64,000 nucleotides of DNA from Octopus sinensis (lineage: Eukaryota). The stretch is from assembly GCF_006345805.1 (NCBI RefSeq), contig NC_043001.1, forward strand, positions 36,766,001-36,830,000, written 5' to 3'. The number at the start of each line of letters is the position of its first letter. Position 1 is the first letter of the stretch. Both the position numbers and the translations under genes were made by a program. The notes beneath the pieces were generated by a model. The model was not told the DNA's origin and did not search any database. It worked only from the letters and a program-made list of their open reading frames with translations. This document shows, in pieces, positions 12,389 through 25,471 of this stretch.

Positions 12389-12765
12389 GGCTGCGTGGTA
12401 AGTAACTTGCTCTTACCAACCACATGGTTCCAGGTTCAGTCCTACTGCGTGGCACCTTGGGCAAATGTCTTCTACTATAGCCTCGGGCCGACCAAAGCCT
12501 TGTGAGTGGATTTGGTAGAGGGAAACTGAAAGAAGCCCGTCGTATATATGTATATATGTGTATGTGTGTCTGTGTTTGTCCCCACTAACATCGCTTGACA
12601 ACCGATGCTGATGTGTTTACGTCCCCGTAACTTAGCAGCTCAGCAAAAGAGACCGATAGAATAAGTACTAGGCTTACAAAGAATAAGTCCTGGGGTCGAT
12701 TTGCTCGACTAAAGGCGGTGCTCCAGCATGGCCGCAGTCAAATGACTGAAGCAAGCTAAAGAGTA
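12389..12765 (+). mobile_element. SINE-B, near full length (CORE-like ccttgggcaa motif)
   Basis: tRNA-like head, caccttgggcaaatgtcttc, internal TA/TG run, 3' ctccagcatggccgcagtcaaatgactga and aaagagta tail. Confidence 0.9.
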
Positions 12766-13352
12766 AGGATTGAATTGTTACGTAAGTTCCTGGCTTTAGG
12801 AGTATCGCTCAAACTTCAAAATTCTTTTACAAGGCTTAGAAAAAACTGAAGGCCCACGGCAATAAGTTTGTGAATCTGAGAGGGGAATATGTTGACTAAA
12901 ATTATAATTAAACTTGTATTTTCTTTTACCCAAAGCCAGGAACTTTTCAGCACTCCACGTAGATTTCATTTAGTTTTGGGTCATTATGAATATTAATGAA
13001 ATGTTGTTAGGCTGTTAGTTTTGTGTTAATACAATTCGGAAGGACTGCGTTGATTTAGTAGATTTAGTAGAGACAGAAAGTGACCTCATCTTTGATCATT
13101 ATTTGGCAATCAGAAAAAAAAAACGTTACGTGATAAATGCTCGATTTAAAGTGTCAGACGCAGTTTTGAGCTCATAATAGAAATCTTCTAGTTTGTTTTC
13201 ATCCGTGTATTTCTGTACACTGGTTTTCCATGATTTATATGAAACAGCTCTGAGACTTACTCCATTGTACTTCTGATCGACGATGAGGCCGTCCCTGAGG
13301 CAGTTGATATGATGAACGATTCGCTAGGTGTAGATAATGAACTTTTATCATA

Positions 13353-13517
13353 GGAGTGGCTGTGTGGTAAGTAGCTTGCTTACCAACCACATGGTTCCGG
13401 GTTCAGTGCCACTGCGCGGAATCTTGGGCAAGTGTCTTCTACTATAGCCTCTGGCCGACCAAAGCCTTGTGAGTGGATTTGGTAGACGGAAACTGAAAGA
13501 AGCCTGTCGTATTTATG

Positions 13518-13553
<36 letters not shown>

Positions 13554-13592
13554 ATATATATATAATATATATATATATAGATATATATATAT

Positions 13593-13629
<37 letters not shown>

Positions 13630-13860
13630 ATGTATGTGTGTGTGTGTGGTTGTGTCTCTGTGTTTGTCCCCCCCAACATCGCTTGACAACCGATGCTGGT
13701 GTGCTTACGTCCCCGTAACTTAGCGGTTCGACAAAAGAGCCCGATAGAATAAGTACTAGGCTTGCAAAGAATAAGTCCTGGGGTCGATTTGCTCGACTAA
13801 AAGGCGGTGCTCCAGCATGGCCACAGTCAAATGACTGAAACAAGTAAAAGAGTAAAAGAG
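13353..13860 (+). mobile_element. SINE-B, full length with expanded internal microsatellite
   Basis: Same architecture as 12389-12765; internal (TA)n(TG)n about 150 bp; (aaaagagt)2 tail. Confidence 0.92.
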
Positions 13861-14439
13861 TATATCTCTACTGAATAATCAGAGATAATCTGAAGATAGA
13901 AAGCAACGAAAAAAACAACCATACCTCTGACTCTATCATGACCATCACGCCACCATCGTCACTCCTTTCACCATAACACCACACCACAGTCACAGAAACT
14001 ATAAACTACATATCTATAAGCAGTACTACTACCACAAACATATCAGTATAACTACTGCTGCCTATACTTCTACAACATTAACACGTCTATTACAATTACC
14101 ACCGCTGCTACCACCACTAGTAACATCGCTATCGCCGCCACCACTGCTGCCACTACTACTAATACCACCACCGCCGCCCCCACATAAACAACTACCATTA
14201 CCGTCACGAAGAGCAATGAAACAGCAGGGATCGTTCAATAGACAGATGCATAACAATTTAGTTGTCCTAAATTACATGCATAAAAAAGACAACAAAAATA
14301 GTTGAAATCTCAATGTTTTTTACAGTCCGTCATGGCTTGCTCAGCGCAATGATTTTACCGTTTCTCAAGAACTGGTCTGTTGACAAATTGTAACCAAAAA
14401 CAGCTACACATTTACATAATCATATACACAAGCATACTT

Positions 14440-14468
14440 GTTTAATAGGTTTGTGTACGTGTGTGTGT

Positions 14469-14507
<39 letters not shown>

Positions 14508-14767
14508 AGTGAGTGTGTGTGTCGTGTATCGTGTGTATGTGTGTGTGCGTGTGCGTGTGTATACTGATAGAAAGACAGATATATAGATATATAGATAGAT
14601 AGATGATAGATAGATAGATAGATAGATAGATAGACTCATATATGTATGTGTACATATATATCTGTTTGTACATGTGTGTGTCTTCGTTGATGTAAGAATT
14701 GATGTAAGAATATATATCCTCATGCTGCCTGTGCATACGGATATGTATATATATGTGTTATATATAT

Positions 14768-14835
<68 letters not shown>

Positions 14836-15424
14836 GATGTATGTATGTAATGTATGAATGTATGGATGTATATATATATATATATACATACATACATATA
14901 TATATATATTATGTATATATATATATATATATATACATTCATACATATATCATATATATATATATATATGAGTATGTATATATACCCACGTACATACATA
15001 TATCATATATATATATGAGTACGTATATATACACACACAGACAGACAGACATCCATACACACATACACACACACATTGTTGCATAGTACAGCGGAAAAGA
15101 AAGCGATTCACAGAGGCACACACTGGCAGAGAGAGAGGGAAATACACATAGAAAGAAAAAAATACAAAAACAAAGAAAGTAAGAATAAAAAAATCAAAGA
15201 AGGAAAGGAAGGAGGAAATAAAGAAGGAGAAGAAGAAGACAAAACACCAACTCCAAGACACCAGGTAGATATTCTCGTTCACTCAGCTGGTAGGCTAAGC
15301 GGCAACTAAAGCACGAAAAGGAACAAAATAAAAACGACATAAATACAACGGAATACAATTTTATTGAAAGCGTATAAATGTGTGTGTGTGTGTGTGTGCA
15401 AGGGAGAGAGAGAAAGAGAGAGAG

Positions 15425-15462
<38 letters not shown>

Positions 15463-15562
15463 TAGTGCAGTATCATAGTTGTACTTTAAGGCATTCATTT
15501 CCCTGCAATTTTCGTATTTCTATCTTTCTCTCAGTCGCCCTCTCTCTGTGTATGTGTATATA

Positions 15563-15597
<35 letters not shown>

Positions 15598-15653
15598 ATA
15601 ATATATATATAATATAATATATATATATATATGATATATATATATATATCTAT

Positions 15654-15689
<36 letters not shown>

Positions 15690-16000
15690 ATATGTATAGA
15701 TATATATATGTATATATATATGTATATATATATGTGTATATATATATATATTATATATATATATATATATATAATATATATATATACATTTGTGTGTGTA
15801 TACAAAATACATACATGTGCATACATATATATGTGTATGTATAGATATGTATGGATGTGTGTTATATACTATATATGTATGTATGTATGTATATATATAT
15901 CTTAGATATTAGATAATAAAGCGGATAGACAAAGATATACACCACACACTCATATATGTATATTATATCACATTTATATATATATATATATATATATTAA

Positions 16001-16031
<31 letters not shown>

Positions 16032-16039
16032 CATATATT

Positions 16040-16087
<48 letters not shown>

Positions 16088-16100
16088 CATATATATTTAA

Positions 16101-16137
<37 letters not shown>

Positions 16138-16260
16138 AAAATATATATAAGATATTAGATAATTAAATGAATAGATAGATAGATAAATATATACATACAT
16201 ATATGTGTTTGTGGTGGGTGGGTGTGGGTGTGTACGTTGTGTATTGAAGCTCTCATGAAA

Positions 16261-16310
<50 letters not shown>

Positions 16311-16330
16311 CTTTCTGTCTTTCGCTCACT
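14440..16330. repeat. Large compound microsatellite field (TG, GATA, TA, GA, CA)
   Basis: Directly visible, with short unique interruptions. Confidence 0.93.
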
Positions 16331-16974
16331 TGCTCTCTCTCTCTCTCTCTCCTTCTCCATCTCTCTTTCTCTCACTCTCTGGCCTTCTACGCTCTCCATT
16401 TGCTTCTCTCTCTCTTTCTTCTACGTTTCTCGTTTCTATCTTTCTATGAAGAACGTGGGAATATTATTCTAATGCTCAGTCATTTATTATCTTGACTGCT
16501 CTGTAATAAAATATTCATACTAATAACGAAAGTCTTACCATTAATATGATCACTTGATCCTGTTTTTCTATTTGTTGTTGTTGTTGTTGTTTTTCTCTGG
16601 GGTGGGGGCGGTGCGGATGAAGTTATTTGTCGGAGTAGGAACTCACGTGTTCACTTGTAATGTCGCTTAAAAAGGTTAGGTTTTTAAAATATTTGTTTAA
16701 AGCTACATGTGGAAACATAATTTACATATTCACACACACATACACACACACGACACACAGCACTCGCATAGGCATTCGAGTGCAATGTTTTATAGTCACA
16801 ATATACATTAAACATACACTCACACAAACCTATACGTATAGATTTGAATACACACACACGTGCTCGCGCGCACAGACACAGGTGCATACACACACACATA
16901 TTAATCTCCACTATGTTGTTGAGCACTCCTTCTTCCGAAAGTTAATTGTAAACGGATTCCTTATTTCCTTTTGC

Positions 16975-17100
16975 GTTCCTTTCTGTGGAAGAGCGTAGGC
17001 TCGAAATGTTAAAGACTTTTTCACTTCCCGAGTGTTATACTAATACATCTGTTTCTTGTCTACACCACCTGTCTTCGTCTTTTTTGTGTGAATTCTCCCC
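16975..17100 (+). repeat. Penelope-like terminal repeat with decayed minimal hammerhead (16979-17014)
   Basis: CTTT-CTGTGGA-A-GAGC-gtag-GCTC-GAAA-TGT-T-AAAG, followed by the same downstream sequence as bases 1-70. Confidence 0.55.
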
Positions 17101-17139
17101 CTATATACATACATACTTCATGTCTGCTCCTTAACACTG

Positions 17140-17315
17140 CATCACAAGCGGTGTTGGTTTGTTTACGTCTCTGTAACTTAGCGGTTCGGAGAATAGAGCG
17201 ATAGCATAAGTATCTGACATAAAAATAAATACTGGAGTCAATCTGTTCGACTAAACCCTTCAAGACAGAGCTCCAACATGGCTGTAGTCCAATTAATGAA
17301 ACAAGTAAAAGCTAA
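17140..17315 (+). mobile_element. SINE-B 3' half
   Basis: gtttacgtctctgtaacttagcggttcgg...ctccaacatggctgtagtc...gaaacaagtaaaag. Confidence 0.75.
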
Positions 17316-17999
17316 AAAAAGAAGATATTCAAACTGGGTGTATAAATTATATAATATATAGACAGTTATATAATATAAATAATTATATAAATAAATGAGT
17401 CTTTAATGAAATGAATATATAAATAAACACGCGAGCGGAAACGACCACTCGGAAGGCCTCCACGACGGTGGAGTTACGATGTCAGGAGAGCGATTGGGAT
17501 CGCGTGGATGAAGAATGCACGATCCAGAGAGGAGTAGACAGCGTGCTGAGATTCATGTATGGGCTGGAAGTGGCCACAACAAAGGCGAGCAGTGTGACAT
17601 TGCTAAAAATGTGAGTTATTCTGCTCTTACTATTGGCATATACCTTTCAATATAGTGATTGATGTGTGTTACAACTGATGAATCGTATATGCGACACAGC
17701 AGTTATTTCCCTGGGGAATGATGAGCCCTTTTACGAATGTTGTCTTCTAATATACGAAGATAAAGACTTTTTATTGACCCAACTGTCCCTATTAGATTTA
17801 TCTTTTATCGTTTATCTTTTGTCTGTTTCAGTCATTAGACTGCGGCCATGCTGGGGTACCGCCTTCTAGAACTTTTTGTCGTAATATTTTCATTCAGTGG
17901 ATACATAGTTAAACTTTTATTTTAAGAATCGATGTAGCCTTATCACAACACAGGAACATGAAAACCCACATTTGTTATTTGCATCATTTTTGCTAGATG

Positions 18000-18432
18000 G
18001 ATACTCTTATTTTCCATCTTATTTTACTTATTTTGGCCATTGGACTGCGCTCATGATGGGGCACCGTCTTCAGGACTTTTGGTCGAACGAATCAACCCCA
18101 ATACTTATTTCTTTTAAGCCTGGTACTTATTCTAGCGCTCTCTTTTGCCGAGCCGCCAAGTTACTGGGACGTAAACAAACCAACACCAGTTGTCAAGCAG
18201 CAGTGGGGGACAAACGCAGACACAGTGACACACACACAAACACACACACACACATACATACACACATACATACATACACACATACACACACATATAATGG
18301 GCTTCTTTCAGTTTCTGTCTGCAAAATTCATTCCTATAGTCGGCCCGAAGTTGTAGTAAAAGATACTTGCCCAAGGTGTCATGCAGTGGTACTGAAATTG
18401 GAACCACATGACTAAGAAGCAAATTTCTTACT
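18000..18432 (-). mobile_element. SINE-B, diverged full-length copy
   Basis: Reverse complement shows head, ccttgggcaagtatc, internal (TG)n and 3' module. Confidence 0.8.
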
Positions 18433-20599
18433 GCATTGTATATTTTTCGTAGTATGTTATCTTCCAATTCCAAGGGTCGCATGCGAAAAGTTGTCTGCAT
18501 AAGTTATAATAATTTATATATAAATCATAAATTAATTAGTTCACAGATATGCCTCAGGATTAGTTACTTAAAATACTTTTTTGATTTCAGGCTAAAAAAT
18601 GTTTTTTGCTGAGAAAACATCTACCCCTGTTATAATGATTTTTAACAAACACAAGGTCACAAACGTAAGGTAAAGGAGGCTAGTAAATTAAATCTATCCC
18701 CATTACTTGACTATTTTATGGACCGTAGAAAGATAAGCAAAATTCACCTCTGTGGGATTTGAACAGTGAAGGCAAAGAATCGAAATAAACACCGGAAAAT
18801 ATTTTGCCTGACGGTTTAACTATTCTACCAATCTACTAGTTTCTTACACTGAATATGATACGACTCAATTTCGAACCGATGAGGAAACCTTTATGCCGTC
18901 TCTAAAACTGTTAGAAATAGGAAACAAGTCTTTAGAACACATTCTTCTGTTAAAAAAAAACGAATGACATGAATGACATCTGTAAAATATTGAAGGTTGG
19001 TCTTGGATGGATTGTCGATAATCTGGTACGACATAAACAACAATTCTTTGATTTTGATGTTTCTATGTGTGTGTGTTATTTGTAGATAAGAGGAATATCC
19101 TAAATCAAGGTTTTTAAAAGTTTCTTCATGTGGACTATATAACAAAAAAATAGAGTCGCAGTTCTCTGTGAAATGCTCTTTGTATCTAAAACCATTCCAT
19201 TCATACCAACTACAGCTGCTTTCAATATCGTGGGTTTGCAACTAGGCAGTCATCTTCAGTCAAACATATATATATATACATGAATACAAATAGCTGTACA
19301 TGCAGAAAAAATATTTATATAGTAAATACTTACCAAATCTTGTCCAGTTTTTTTTTTTCTTAATATTATTAACACGACTGAAGATTCTACAAAGCTTTAG
19401 ATACATTACATCAAAAGTAAAAAGAAACTTAGAATTAAAACTTTTTTCTTTATTTGTTCATTTCGAAATCGACTATCGTTTACTTTCGTAAAAAAAAAAA
19501 TTAATTAAAAATAATAAAAACGAAACACAGGCGTGTATTACATACCTCAACACTATCTAAGCTTTACTTTTTTATAGTTCCGTTGAACTTTTCCTCAGAT
19601 TTTAAAATGGATGGATATTTAATTAAATAAACCTATAAAAACATGCCTTTTTTTTAGCATTTCTTATTATGTAATAACCTCGCCGCTCAATTTCTTCATC
19701 GCTTGATATACGTACTTTAAAAAACTGTAAGTGCCGTAGAGCAACACATAAATTCCTGGTGAAATGAAATTGTAGACACGGGTTCAGTTCTCATCTGAAA
19801 CAATTTCACTTCAATTATCTTGCCTTTATTTGTTAGATTAAATATGAACACCACACTATCTCGAAAACTCTCTTCTAAAAATATTAGGACAAAATAAATG
19901 CTTGCGTAGTTATAAGATTTTCATCCAAGACCACCATGCACACATTCTCAACTACTCTATTCAGAGCCTTTAATGTCTCTTTATGTTAACACTGCAATCT
20001 TAGAATCAGTAACTTCTTGATGTTTAAATGAATTGCAATACAGATGTTCACTCACCTTTCTAGCTACGCCCTAAACTACATATTTTATGTTACGAGTTGA
20101 TGTTTTTAAATTATAGAGAATTCTCAGTCTTTTCCTATTGAAATAGATATTTTATCAATTTTTATTTTATTTTATTCTGTAAAGGAATTACTTACGCTTT
20201 TGCTGACTCCACTTAATTTGACTCATGTTTATATATGTGGAATAACAGGCATAATTATTCCTGATGTTTATGTGAAGCATCACAACCATAATTGATTTTT
20301 ATCATATACCTGAATCCATTTTCACAAGTGAAGCGATATTGTAGCGAGAGAACTCTAAACATTTTAAGGCAATATACATTGAACGAGGGACAATCGAAAA
20401 TGTAATTCGGCATGAAAAATAGATTTAAAATATTAAAACAATTAAGTTACCCACAAGACGATGGAGCTGCCTCTGCAGACAAAGAAGGTACCCGAAAACC
20501 ACGACCGCTTCTCGCTCCGGGGACTTGCTCTCTCGAAAAAACACGGCAAAGTTTAAAAGCTGCTCTTTTTGTAGGTAAGAATTTGTGAGCAACACCTAC

Positions 20600-21300
20600 A
20601 GTTCATAGAATTTGACATTTCCCTTCTTTCACAGAAGGGATCTAAAAAAGATATATTCAGCGTGGTCGGAGGTATACAGTCATGTTCCCAATATTTTCAA
20701 GAGCATCTACCATAAAATATCTTATGGAATAGCCACTGGACAGAGAGAAACAGTCTCCACGTCTTTGCCAAAAGCAAGCATATGTTTAAGAGAGCTAGGT
20801 CCACCATACAGCATTAAAGCCATTCGGCATAGCAACATGGGTCATTAATTTCCGAACAATGAACGAGTGTGTAAAGATTACTTTTGAACATGTCTCAAAC
20901 TAATCCGGTACATCTATGATTGTAGAGCTTATTCCAGTCTAGTGATTCTACCCTCTCGCATCTTGGTTCTCTGTCAGGCCAGTTTTTGGGCCAAACGTTT
21001 TGCAGAATGAATTTCTTTGCCCAAAGTCATCCTAAAACGTCATCGCTCATAACAACCATAAATAATTCCATCATAGAATTCTCGTGTGACCATTTCACTG
21101 ATCTCATTTCCCGATGCCAGATGACTGATATTATTCTACAGCCGACAAAGGACTGCCTCACCACTGCAGATACCAGCTCTGATACCAGCATGATATATAA
21201 ATGGCAGTTACACCTGCATAAACTCTTCCTATGCCGCAGTCTCAATGTATGCCTGCTGTTACATAGTGAGCTCTCTTTGCCGAATGTGTTGATAGCAGAT
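20600..21300 (-). mobile_element. Decayed CR1-like LINE ORF2 C-terminal remnant
   Basis: Minus frames give LFHKIFYGRCS*, matching the CR1-group motif LFYRYFYGRCS; multiple stops and frameshifts; boundaries approximate. Confidence 0.45.
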
Positions 21301-21492
21301 AAAATGCCTGTCCAAGTGAAACAAACACTTTGACAAAAAAGGAAAGAGTTGATATTCTAAAAATAGGAGCATGTGAAAATAGGAGCAGCAAAGATGGTCA
21401 AGCAATAATATTTTATGATTGTGATGTAGTTGTTCACCACTTCTGTTTTAAGTTTCAAGGACGACATACTCTCAGTGAGATTACTACTCTTA

Positions 21493-21874
21493 TGTTGTTG
21501 CTGCTGTTGAGCGAACGGTCTTTGTCCCAGAGCTCGCAAGATGGGAGAAGTCCGAAACGTGGTCCTTTGTTATTCGTAAGACCCGCAGAAGAGAAAGCAG
21601 GTCAACCCCCGACACCGAGAGCATCGACGGATGGATGAATGCACATCCAGGCTCAGCAGTTGCGTAGGAAGTCGGGGACAAGAAACAGGAAGAAAGAGTG
21701 AGAGAAAGTTGGAGCGAAAGAGTACAACAGGGATCGCCACCACCTCCCCTGCCGGAGCCTCGTGGAGCTTTGTTTTCGCTCAATAAACACACACAACGCC
21801 AGGTCTGGGAATCGAAACCGCGATCCTCCGACCGCGAGTCCGCTGCCCTAACCACTGGGCCATTGCGCCTCCAC
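21493..21874 (-). mobile_element. SINE-C with tail type 3
   Basis: C head and body on the minus strand, then an unrelated 3' segment (ttcttgtccccgacttcctacgcaac...gttcgctc) ending in (CAG/CAA)n. Confidence 0.85.
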
Positions 21875-23604
21875 TGTTGTTGCTGCTACTGTTATTGTTA
21901 AAAGCTCACGTTAATTCCAGTAGAGCGGCCTATTGAACAAATGTGACTGATCCTTGATCTAAATCTGTTTTATAAATCACGGGCCAAATTGTGCAGTATG
22001 TACCTACTGTTTCATGAAGAATGTCATCTTGAGGGAGATTTGGCTGCCATTGCTATCAGGCTGAACAACCATGTAGAAATACCTTGTTTGTAATTCCTTT
22101 ACAGAAACTCGTTAATGACTTAGTGGTCACCAACTTTACCGGTTGACAGTTCGTATCCTGCAAACAATAGATTTTCAGTTCCATTAGATAAAAAAAAAAA
22201 CATCTAATCATACTATGTGAACTAATCACAAATGTAAGCAATGACACTATGGTAAAGTTAACGAGTATTTTCTTGTAATTTTCAATACCTTGTTTTTCTT
22301 TTGTCTTTGAAAACTGAGTTTATCCGTTTGCATCTTGAGAGGTATGAACTCACAATAAGTTTCCTTTCTCTAAATATAGCAAATAAAGGTAAATACTTTC
22401 GAGATGCACTTCAAGACCCAACCAGTTATGTAATGATCTGCTGCCATTTGTAAGAAGTGTATCTTTGGAGAATGCTCTATACATACGAACTACATTACTA
22501 AGTTGATGATAGCTTGTCGACGATTCATTAAAACGTTTAGTTCAATAAACCAAGAAACCTCATTGTACTCAATATACATTTGGAATCTGACAAAAGAGAA
22601 CTGTTATGTAACATAGTGAAATAAAGGTACAGAAAGAACAGGTAGAGGAGAAAGATGAGATGTAGAATGGAGGGAAATAGAGATATCGAGTGGGTGTTCT
22701 TGGAGTGTAGGGAGAGAAGAGGAGATCGAGAGAATCGTGAATAGTGAATTGAAGGGGATATATGTGAGAATGACTGGGACCAAGAAGAAAGGTAAAGCAA
22801 GAGGAAAAAGGGGAATAGAGAAGAAGAAGGAGTAATAGTGAATTGAAAGGGGGGAAATAAGAAGCTATGAATGAGAGAAGGTTTAAGGGAAAATGAAAAA
22901 ACAAGGCTGAAAGAGAAAGAGAGAGAAAGGGGAGGAGAGAGAGGAAGAGAGAGAGAGAAGAGTGATAGAGGCCCCTTGACATCTTAGCCTGATGTTGAAC
23001 AAATAAACTCTAATTGGACCCTTCAGCGTGCCACTGTTTATTCCGACCGTTTGCTAGGTTTATTTATTTGAGGACAAATAAAAAAAAAGAGTTGGGAATC
23101 CGAAATGAGGATGTGTGTGTGTGCGTGTGTATGTATGTTTCTGTGTGAGTGTGTGTGTGTGTGCGTGTGTGTGCGTGTAAGAGAGTGAGAGGAAGAGAGA
23201 GGGAGGGGGGTTAAAAAATCACAGTTTTGGCCTCCAGTAGACAAATATCATAGATGTATAAACACTATGTTGAACCTGTGTTTTACAGTGTCGAAGAATG
23301 CGCTTCTGCGTCGCTGAGATGGAAGTGTTCCACCCTCGAGAGAAATGTTTTGTAGAAAACAATATCTAAATAAAAAAAAAACACATAAACCAGAAAACGA
23401 TCAATAAATGAAGAAATAAAGAATAAATAGCGATCAAAATAAAAAAGCCAGAGATATATAAAAGACTAAAAATGTTCTCTTAGACTATATAACCCCATTG
23501 GTGTAATAGACGGAACCGATTTCAAACCATTTTGACATGTTTCGTTAACGAATTTACAAGCACGGTCACACACACACGTACATGTAGACAGCCATGTGTA
23601 TAAT

Positions 23605-23638
<34 letters not shown>

Positions 23639-23987
23639 AGACATAAATGGAAAACAGGTACGCACAAACGCGAACCTTCACACAATCATTAATGTATAGC
23701 ATACCTAAACGCCGTCACAATCGCTTCTACCACCATTTCCTTTTTTTTTAGTTTTAGCTTTTTTAGTGTAGCAATAATAAAACTTTCTAAATGCTCTATC
23801 TGGAGGCAGCTACACATGTATTATTCTACAAAGAAATTCAATGTTTAAACTCTACGTTTCTTGTTCTTTCTCTTCTAATCTCTTCCACATCATCTTCTCC
23901 GTCATCAGTATCATCATCCTTGGATATTATTTTATCTTCAGTTTGAATTTCATCTTTCTCATTATCCTTATTAATAGGACTCATATA

Positions 23988-24066
<79 letters not shown>

Positions 24067-24255
24067 GTGTGTATGTATGTATGTATGTATATATATATAT
24101 ATTAAAGAATTATATTTCTTTGAAATAAAAATTAAAGCCTAAATTTAAATTAAATAGAAATAAAAAATATATTATTTTTATTTTATTTTTATTTTAAAAA
24201 ACGTGTGTGTGCTCGAGCATGTGTGTATGTGTATATATATATTATATATACAGAA

Positions 24256-24286
<31 letters not shown>

Positions 24287-24628
24287 TGCATATGCGCGTG
24301 TTCATGTGTGTATACGTGTGTGTGTGTTTGTGTGTATGTGTGTGTGTTTTGTTAGTTTCAGGTTATTTTTATTTTAAAGAAATTTTAAGCCTAACAATAT
24401 ATTTACTCATTGAGGGACACAATAATAAAAATAGAGTGAAATTAGTTATAAAATATGGTTTCATTAGGGCTTATAAGTTTTTTCTTGGCGGCTTGTTTAT
24501 CCAGTGTACTAGAATATTCTCAGGTGAAATTTATCCTCAATCAAAAATCGTGTTTCGGATATGTGTGTTATTGCGTGTGTGAGAGTGTCTCGTATCTTTG
24601 TGTATGTGTGTAGTGTAGTGTGTGTATT

Positions 24629-24659
<31 letters not shown>

Positions 24660-24662
24660 TGT

Positions 24663-24708
<46 letters not shown>

Positions 24709-24766
24709 CGTATTTACACGTGTTGTTGGCGATTTCTTTTCTATCTTTGGATTTTGGATTTTTTTC

Positions 24767-24850
24767 TTTCCGACGGAGAGCTATGCTCGAAACGTCAAAC
24801 ACTCTCATTTGAGCGAACGTCAAGCCGATACATTTCTTGTGCACTTCCTC
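24767..24850 (+). repeat. Decayed minimal hammerhead-like motif, Penelope-like family
   Basis: TTT-CCGACGG-A-GAGC-tat-GCTC-GAAA-CGT-C-AAA: topology retained, U4 and A9 substituted. Confidence 0.45.
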
Positions 24851-25471
24851 TTGTTGTCCGGTAATTTTATTCGTTTATTTGAATTGACTATATATAAATG
24901 TATATATATATATATATATATATCCAAGCATTACCCATGGCCACGTTCTTCGGGAGACCGATAACCTCTATTCAACAAAAAAATATTACATGACAAATAT
25001 TATTTTATCGACCATAAGACAGGGTCCTTTGACATGATCTTTGGTGTGACATACAAAATACATTACAGTATTTAAATACAGTCCTTTATATTCTAAACAA
25101 ATAACTTAGGAAAGTCTTAAAAACCTTTTTGATTCAAAGAAATGAAGTGACAGTCAGGAATTGAGGTCGAACGTGTCGACTGCACTGCGCCATCAGAAAT
25201 TTTAATTTTTGTTCCCATGTTAGAAATCAATATTATCAGAAGTTTATTCTTCAATTAATGTTCCTAGCAGAATGGTTTGCGCGTCGAACAAAATTCTTAG
25301 CGGCTTTTCTTCTGGCTCTGACGTTCTTAGCTCAAATCACATCATGTTCAGTTTTACCTTTCATACTTTCGGGTTCGCTAAAATAATGTATTAGTTATGT
25401 ACTGTGGTAGATGTAATCGACTAAACACTTCCTCTTAAAAAGTTGCCGGCCTTATGTCAATAATAGAACGA

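Noticed and set aside
13930-14215. Thr/Ala-rich mucin-like reading
   Set aside because: Cryptic ACC/ACT trinucleotide decay with stops and frame changes, and no splice signals
18891-19241. 116-codon minus ORF containing FRYKEH, reminiscent of GIY-YIG
   Set aside because: A single short motif with no other GIY-YIG residues recognised
21330-21420. LTKKERVDIL resembling a Tc1-like transposase N-terminus
   Set aside because: Too short, with no TIR or further motifs found
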